Below are positions 58,027 to 64,000 of a stretch of 64,000 nt of DNA, piece by piece. The notes beneath the pieces are model-generated. The model ran no database searches. It was not told the DNA's origin and saw only the letters and a list, made by a program, of their open reading frames with translations. Numbering within the stretch: the stretch's first letter is position 1; each line of letters opens with the position of its first letter. A program made the translations under genes and the position numbers. Source of the DNA: Tubiluchus corallicola (taxonomy: Eukaryota > Animalia > Priapulida); the NCBI GenBank assembly GCA_030141605.1, contig JAQGDQ010000703.1, positions 45,748 to 109,747 of the forward strand, in the 5' to 3' direction.

Positions 58027-58533
58027 AAGTATTGTAATCTGTTTGGCACATTACACTCAAGCACGTTCATGCACTCAAGACCCTATTCAACAGATGTTTG
58101 CGCCTTGAAAGGAGCTTGGCTCATTCATTAAGAGCATTTGTAACTTCGCTGATGCAACAACTTCACATCGCTTTAAAACCTTTACTAAACCAGATTGTTT
58201 TCAACCATCTAACTCTGTTTCGAATGAAACTGCTGTACATTTTTGAATTAGTTCACGCCATGAATAGAACAGATATTAGCAAACGTAAGCAGTCTGTCGT
58301 TGATCCAGTGGTAGCAAAGTATTTTTTCATGTCTGTGCAAGTCTCTTAACTTATGGCAGCTAGGTATGCGTGGTAAACAACAAAATGTTTAGGATATCGC
58401 ATGACTGGAGCTGCTGTATCACATACTGTACAAGTGCAAGTACTACCTCACGACATTCGCTAACAGTAAGAATTTTTGTTTGTCTTTCGCCTGGTAGAAG
58501 TTAATGTGCTGCTATATATATATATACCTATTA

Positions 58534-58567
<34 letters not shown>

Positions 58568-58572
58568 TAATC

Positions 58573-59010
58573 TTTATTTGCCATTAAAATACATTGATAA
58601 TCACTGATAAAAACTTTACAGAGACGATCAATCAGTGTTAGTTAATGAAAACTTACACTGCTAAAGGCAAATGCCTCAGTGCAATCTAAACTACTGTGCA
58701 GTAATGGAAAGTAACGACGAATAAAATCAAACATATTTACAAGTATGCACAAAAAAATGAAAAACTATGATTTAATTAACATGGCCGTGGATATATAAAC
58801 TCTGAAGTAGTGTGTATGTTGTCGTACTGGTGTAATGGTATTTCATATCTGGTTAATATTAGTGATTTTAATTTTGTTTTAAATGCTGATAGGGAACTTG
58901 ATTTGTTTAACTTGTAATGGTAGAATTCTAAAGTAGAATTGCTTGTTTGGTTACAGAGTTCGTTCCATAGTGCGTATTTGTCCTAATTTGTTTTAGATTG
59001 TTTGTTCTGG
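58573..59010 (-). mobile_element. CR1/L2-like LINE 3' end
   Basis: On the - strand LWNEL...NKSSSLSAFKTKLKSL, then a UTR, AATAAA and a (TA)n tail. Confidence 0.5.
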
Positions 59011-59923
59011 AATTAACGATACGATTTGGGAAAGTTAACGGTAGCTAACGAAGGTTAACTATTGTAACTGGTAGAAGCTAGTGCAACTTACAAGAAGCAA
59101 TTACTGTAGATCGACAGGGCAAAGTCTACAAGCTTTTTGCCCATAGTTATCTCACTTATTAAACCTCTGTTACTAGTTTTATTACACGTTTTACATTTAT
59201 GTTATCTCTCAAAATGTTGTCTCTCAAGTGGAACAGCCGCCTAGTGGCAGTTGCCATGGTATGGTAAGAAAGCAAGGTCAATGGTCGTAGTATTAATTAA
59301 AAACTGAACTGTTTGGAATGAGTCGTTGTGAATTTCAATCGTATTTTTTGCATTATTCACGGAAACTCTTCGATAACGTTTACACTATCTGTGAAATTCC
59401 ATGTGCAGTAAGCTCTATGAAGTATTTAAGTTTGGCAACACTCGTTTCGTGACTCAACACGCATTTTGGCAAGAGACAAATCTTTAAATGGACAATGACC
59501 TGTTTGAATTACAGATTACATTAATTAAAAATTCATTGAAGTACGTGTTTTACGTGGACTTTATTTTGTCATGCTTAGTCTATGCATAGAGTGATTTACT
59601 AGCAGGATCTTGCTTGGAAACAAGAAAAAATGAACTAGGTAAAGTTATAGCTGTTACAACTGTTACTATAACAATAGAGTGGGCTGCGAGACGTTGTCAA
59701 GTGTACACAAATGCGTTGTCTGGTACACTTAATCTTTGACCTTTTCACGATCATCATCAATCGCTGGAACTGTGAAAAGACTTATCGGCTATTGAGTTCA
59801 CTGTGATGTGAAATTATGATGTTAGTAAACAAAGGTTGTTTACAACGTAACATCACAAAATATTTAGACACAATTAGCGTTACGTAAATAACTCATTTCA
59901 GCTAGAAGACATCTGCACCTGAC

Positions 59924-60157
59924 ATGAAGTGTCCAGATGTGAACATAATCGTTTACATCCTCGTCTGTGTATTCGGTCTTGGATCATGGCTAGCAGTTAA
60001 TGGATTGTTCGTAGAGTTGCCATTGTTGGTGGAAGAATTACCAGAAGGATGGGGGCTTCCATCGTATCTTGCTGTTATTGTTCAGCTTGCAAACTTGGGA
60101 CCAATCCTGGTTACACTTATCACTACGCTATGCCACACTGGACATCGTGCACAACTC
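59924..60157 (+). CDS. SLC52 family riboflavin transporter (RFVT), coding exon 1
   Basis: [48 protein letters not shown] is the SLC52 signature; acceptor TTTCAG at 59901, donor CTC|GTGAGT. Confidence 0.95.
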
Positions 60158-60227
60158 GTGAGTCTATTTCATTTGTGTTTTAAACCGACGTTCTAAATTA
60201 TTGTACCTTCTAGAGTTTCAGCAGTAC

Positions 60228-60518
60228 TTAACTCCTTCAGGACTGTAAGTGTTTGCTGTGTGTTAGAACATAAATACAGTAACATCCCAAACTTAACTCC
60301 TTCAGGACTGTAAGTGTTTGCAGTGTGTTAGAACATATATACAGTAACATCCCAAGCTTAACTCCTTCAGGACCGTAAGAGTTTGCTGTGTGTTAGAACA
60401 TAAATACAGTAACATCCCAAACTTAAGTCTTTCAGGACCGTAAGTGTTTGCTGTGTGTTAGAACATAAATACAGTAACATCCCAAACTTAACTCCTTCAG
60501 GACTGTAAGTGTTTGCTG
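60228..60518. repeat. 65-bp tandem repeat (about 4.5 units) spanning the left end of a piggyBac-like MITE
   Basis: Unit TTAACTCCTTCAGGACTGTAAGTGTTTGCTGTGTGTTAGAACATAAATACAGTAACATCCCAAAC. Confidence 0.9.
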
Positions 60519-62736
60519 CCCTTTGCATGGGTTCATGAAAAACTATCACTAAGCAACGATTACGTTGTATCTGATTGTAGGTTTCTAATAATTTAAGTAC
60601 GTTTCTACTCCTTACATAATGGATTTCCATGTAAAATTATATATGAAATATAAGCAAAATATATATGCTTACTTCAGACAAATTAAAAACTGATTTTTGA
60701 CGAAAAAATTGAAAAAAAACTTTCAGTAATTGCAGTGTTTGCGGTATAAAAAAGTACAGTATCACTTGTGTGAAATCAGCTAATGTAGAAAATTTCAACC
60801 ATTAAGACACAACACTCTGATAATCTTTGACCTCAAGTCTACTCTATTTTTAAGGAGAAATTCTTGTTAAAAGTTGAGACGACCCTAATTTGTCCTTAGT
60901 TCATCGGTTGTTTTTTTCTGGAATAACAGCAGAACACTGCACAACATGGACTGTGGCAAGAAGACGATCAATAAAATAGTGTGTACGATCACGCAAGTGT
61001 ACACCAGACTAAGCTACTCAATAGGTTAAGTTGGAATGCGTGAAAAGGGCATGTTTTTCTTAATTGTATCCAATTAAATCACTTATAAATGTTTAAACAA
61101 ATAGAACGACTGGATAGCCGAGATTCACCTGAATAGAACAGTGCCAAATTTGTAATCATTTAGTTATGTCTGTGCTCGTACAGTCACAAAAAAGTAAGTC
61201 TTGTAATACCTATTTTGACTACTGCATTGTTTTATTTTGGTATTTCCGAACACAAGCCGTGTAGCAGTCAGTTTCTTTACTATTATTTACCAATTTCACT
61301 TTTGTTACGTCATTGGTATTGTTTTGTGACGTCATTGATTATTGTTTTGCTTATGGCTTGTTTTTGCATGAAGGAAACGAAGCCCATGTCACCTAGAGTG
61401 TTCTCCAGTAACATTGAAACTTGTTATGTTATGTACAGAAAGCCTTCACTATTTCATTCATGTTCCAAAGTCGTTTATTCTAAAAAGAATAATAAAGAGA
61501 ACATTAACAAGTAAGAAAAATAAATAGAATGATAAACAGAAGCTTAATAAATAAGAAGGCAACCTATTGGTCAAAGTACTTTTACAAATTTCACAGATCG
61601 AATTCGTAAACTTAATTAAATTATTTAAATTCATGTAACTTACATCGTTGGCTCTTCGTCAAGATTTAAAAGTTCTCAAGGTACAAATTTGGTAATAGCT
61701 AAAAAGCTGTTATTAACTATAACACAATAACGATAAAAAAACATTGCTGCAAATAAGAACGCAACCAACATTGTTCTCCTCCTGTCCTTTCCTCTCCACA
61801 TTGCTCGTAGAGGGCAGCACCTGCCAATAAATAAGTGTCGTTATGCACATTGCAGTTACAAAACTAATTACTAATGTTTTACGTTTAGCCCTCTCTTTGA
61901 TAACGGCAGTTAAATTTGTTGTCTTGATAAGACACACTAATTTAAGATTCTGCTTAAAACAGCTAAAGCACAAGAAAACCCTCCACTTAACATAAAACTG
62001 AACAAATTCGTTTTGAAATTTTAAACCACTAACTGCATTTTTGCATGCAGGACTTGCGTTGGCAGTAACACTGTATAAAACTTGAAAATTTAAACTCCTG
62101 CGATGACCATTAGGTGCAGCCATTTTAATGATAGGTTGTTTGAAACAAGTTTAGATAACACTGAGTAAACTTTGAAAAAATAATCAGAGCATTCGTAGCA
62201 CACATGTTACTAACCAAGTAAAATTTAAAATTACTGTATCTTGTCAATAAGATTAAAAATACATTTTTTAGTTAGTGAGTGGTGCACCCTGGAGGGTGAG
62301 TCAGCGACATTTTACCAATTGGTGAAAACATCTTAAATAATTAATAATTTTCTTTTCTAGTTACATAAGTCTCTCTAGCAGGTAAGCGAAAATCTAAGTA
62401 ATATAGATTTGCAAGGAAAGTCTTTTGAGATATAATTTAACATTGCCTTTTCTTCCCTTGGTTTACGTTTGGTACATGACGTCATGTAATGGCGACTTCG
62501 GAACAGTATTGCGGGAGATTTAAAATGAAAACAAACAAGAAATTCTTTCAACGCGAGTAAGATATACGCATAAAATTACTATAAAGTAATATAATTTTTA
62601 CGGTGATTTTTCTGAAGCCAACTTCAGGTGCCCCTTTTCTTGTCCTTTAATGATTCCAGAACGAAAAGAGACTTCACTCTGGTTACTAATGAACTTTTTA
62701 AGTTTAATAATTTGTTTATCCATTATTTTTACTTAG

Positions 62737-62921
62737 ATACTGGGAAGCTGTATTTACATAGTAGGAATAATCGCATGTATCTTGCTTGCAATATTCTGGA
62801 CTTACACGACTGTGATCGTAGGTGAGGAACGTAGTACGGCCTTGTTCACACTAGCCTTCTTCCTTGCACTTACAAACACTACAACTAATGTGGTCTTCCT
62901 TCCTTACATGGCTCTGTTCAG
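62737..62921 (+). CDS. SLC52 riboflavin transporter, coding exon 2 (gene continues beyond window)
   Basis: ILGSCIYIVGIIACILLAIFWTYTTVIVGEERSTALFTLAFFLALTNTTTNVVFLPYMALF; TTAG| acceptor, CAG|GTTTGT donor; phase 0 matches exon 1. Confidence 0.92.
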
Positions 62922-63257
62922 GTTTGTTTATTTTATTTTTTTTATTTTTTAATTATCCGTTTAAGTCAGATTATTAAATCGTTTTGAAAACCCTACATAC
63001 GTAAACGATACTATATATTCATCCACAAATTTTATTTACCCACGTCCATTTTAAATTATATGTATAAATTGTATATAGTCTATTATAATTTCCGTGTAAC
63101 ATTATAATGTATATTTTGTTTTAAATTTTTGGCACAGTAGTTTTTAGTTTGCACTGGATGCATTTGCCTTTAACAGTTGTGCGAATTTTATTCTCATGTT
63201 GCGATGTTCTTTTATGCTTTTATAGTTATGAATATCGATTTTTTATGGCAAATAAAG

Positions 63258-63300
<43 letters not shown>

Positions 63301-63305
<5 letters not shown>

Positions 63306-63374
63306 ACAGCTAAATGAAATTATAACTTATATATATATATATATATAAGTTATAATTTCATTTAGCTGTTACAT
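63301..63374. repeat. Perfect 74-bp palindrome centred on (TA)10
   Basis: ATGTAACAGCTAAATGAAATTATAACT-(TA)10-AGTTATAATTTCATTTAGCTGTTACAT. Confidence 0.93.
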
Positions 63375-64000
63375 CATAAATATCTTAATATTTGCAATAA
63401 ATAAACAAGCTTAAAGGAAGATGGGATCATTTTTATATGCTATCCCATTTTCAAGTCTGATAAAAAGTATACATTTTAACACAATTAATACTGCAAAAGC
63501 GTTTCTGATAATTAAATGGTAGATTAAAAACTTAATTAACGACAGGCGAGCCCAACTGTTGATGACATCACAAACTAACATAATTTTTAACAGCAAAAAT
63601 ATTCCATGAGCTTGTTGCACGTGTTTACGAAAGCGAAAATTGAAGTACAGTGCTACTGTAAGATATTCAGTGTGTTGTGGTAAAACTAGGCAAGTTTTAA
63701 GATAAAAATTCAAATCTCAGATTTACCGCTGTATTCACGCATCAGCTGCCGAACGTGCGCAATTTGTCACAAACTAACACATCTGAACTGAGAGGTACAG
63801 CATCTGTTATTTGTGCAATGCATTTCCGAATCGCAGGCGCCAGTGCCCGTCTAACTAGTGAATGGTGAAATGCATGTAACAGCGAAGAACTAGTGGCACG
63901 AGCCTTAAACTGTGTTTGAGTGGTAATAATTTTTTTTGTAAATCATTTTTGAAAAAATAATATGTTTCCTTTCAATATTTTAAAGATTAGATTGTTTTGA

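Overview
AT-rich, intron-rich animal (invertebrate-like) genomic DNA; no prokaryotic features. It contains three genes. (1) The first coding exon of a p190RhoGAP (ARHGAP35/5 family) on the - strand, running off the left edge. (2) A complete VCPIP1/VCIP135 OTU deubiquitinase on the - strand, which I reconstructed by hand as 19 phase-compatible coding exons (51179->6542, 3630 nt, 1209 aa). (3) The first two coding exons of an SLC52 riboflavin transporter on the + strand. Introns hold about 20 minisatellite arrays, several hAT/piggyBac/Harbinger-like MITE families, 5S- and tRNA-derived SINEs, and LINE fragments. The most striking pattern is that five arrays in VCPIP1 are tandem amplifications of the exon-intron junction itself: the donors of four consecutive exons (13-16) and the acceptor of exon 5. 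Each puts about 3-37 extra splice-site copies beside the real one. One array is frame-preserving (+14 aa per step after the UBX-like domain); the others frameshift or contain stops. Two more arrays amplify transposon ends in the same way. A degenerate hammerhead-ribozyme motif next to a long hairpin and a perfect 74-bp palindrome are also present.
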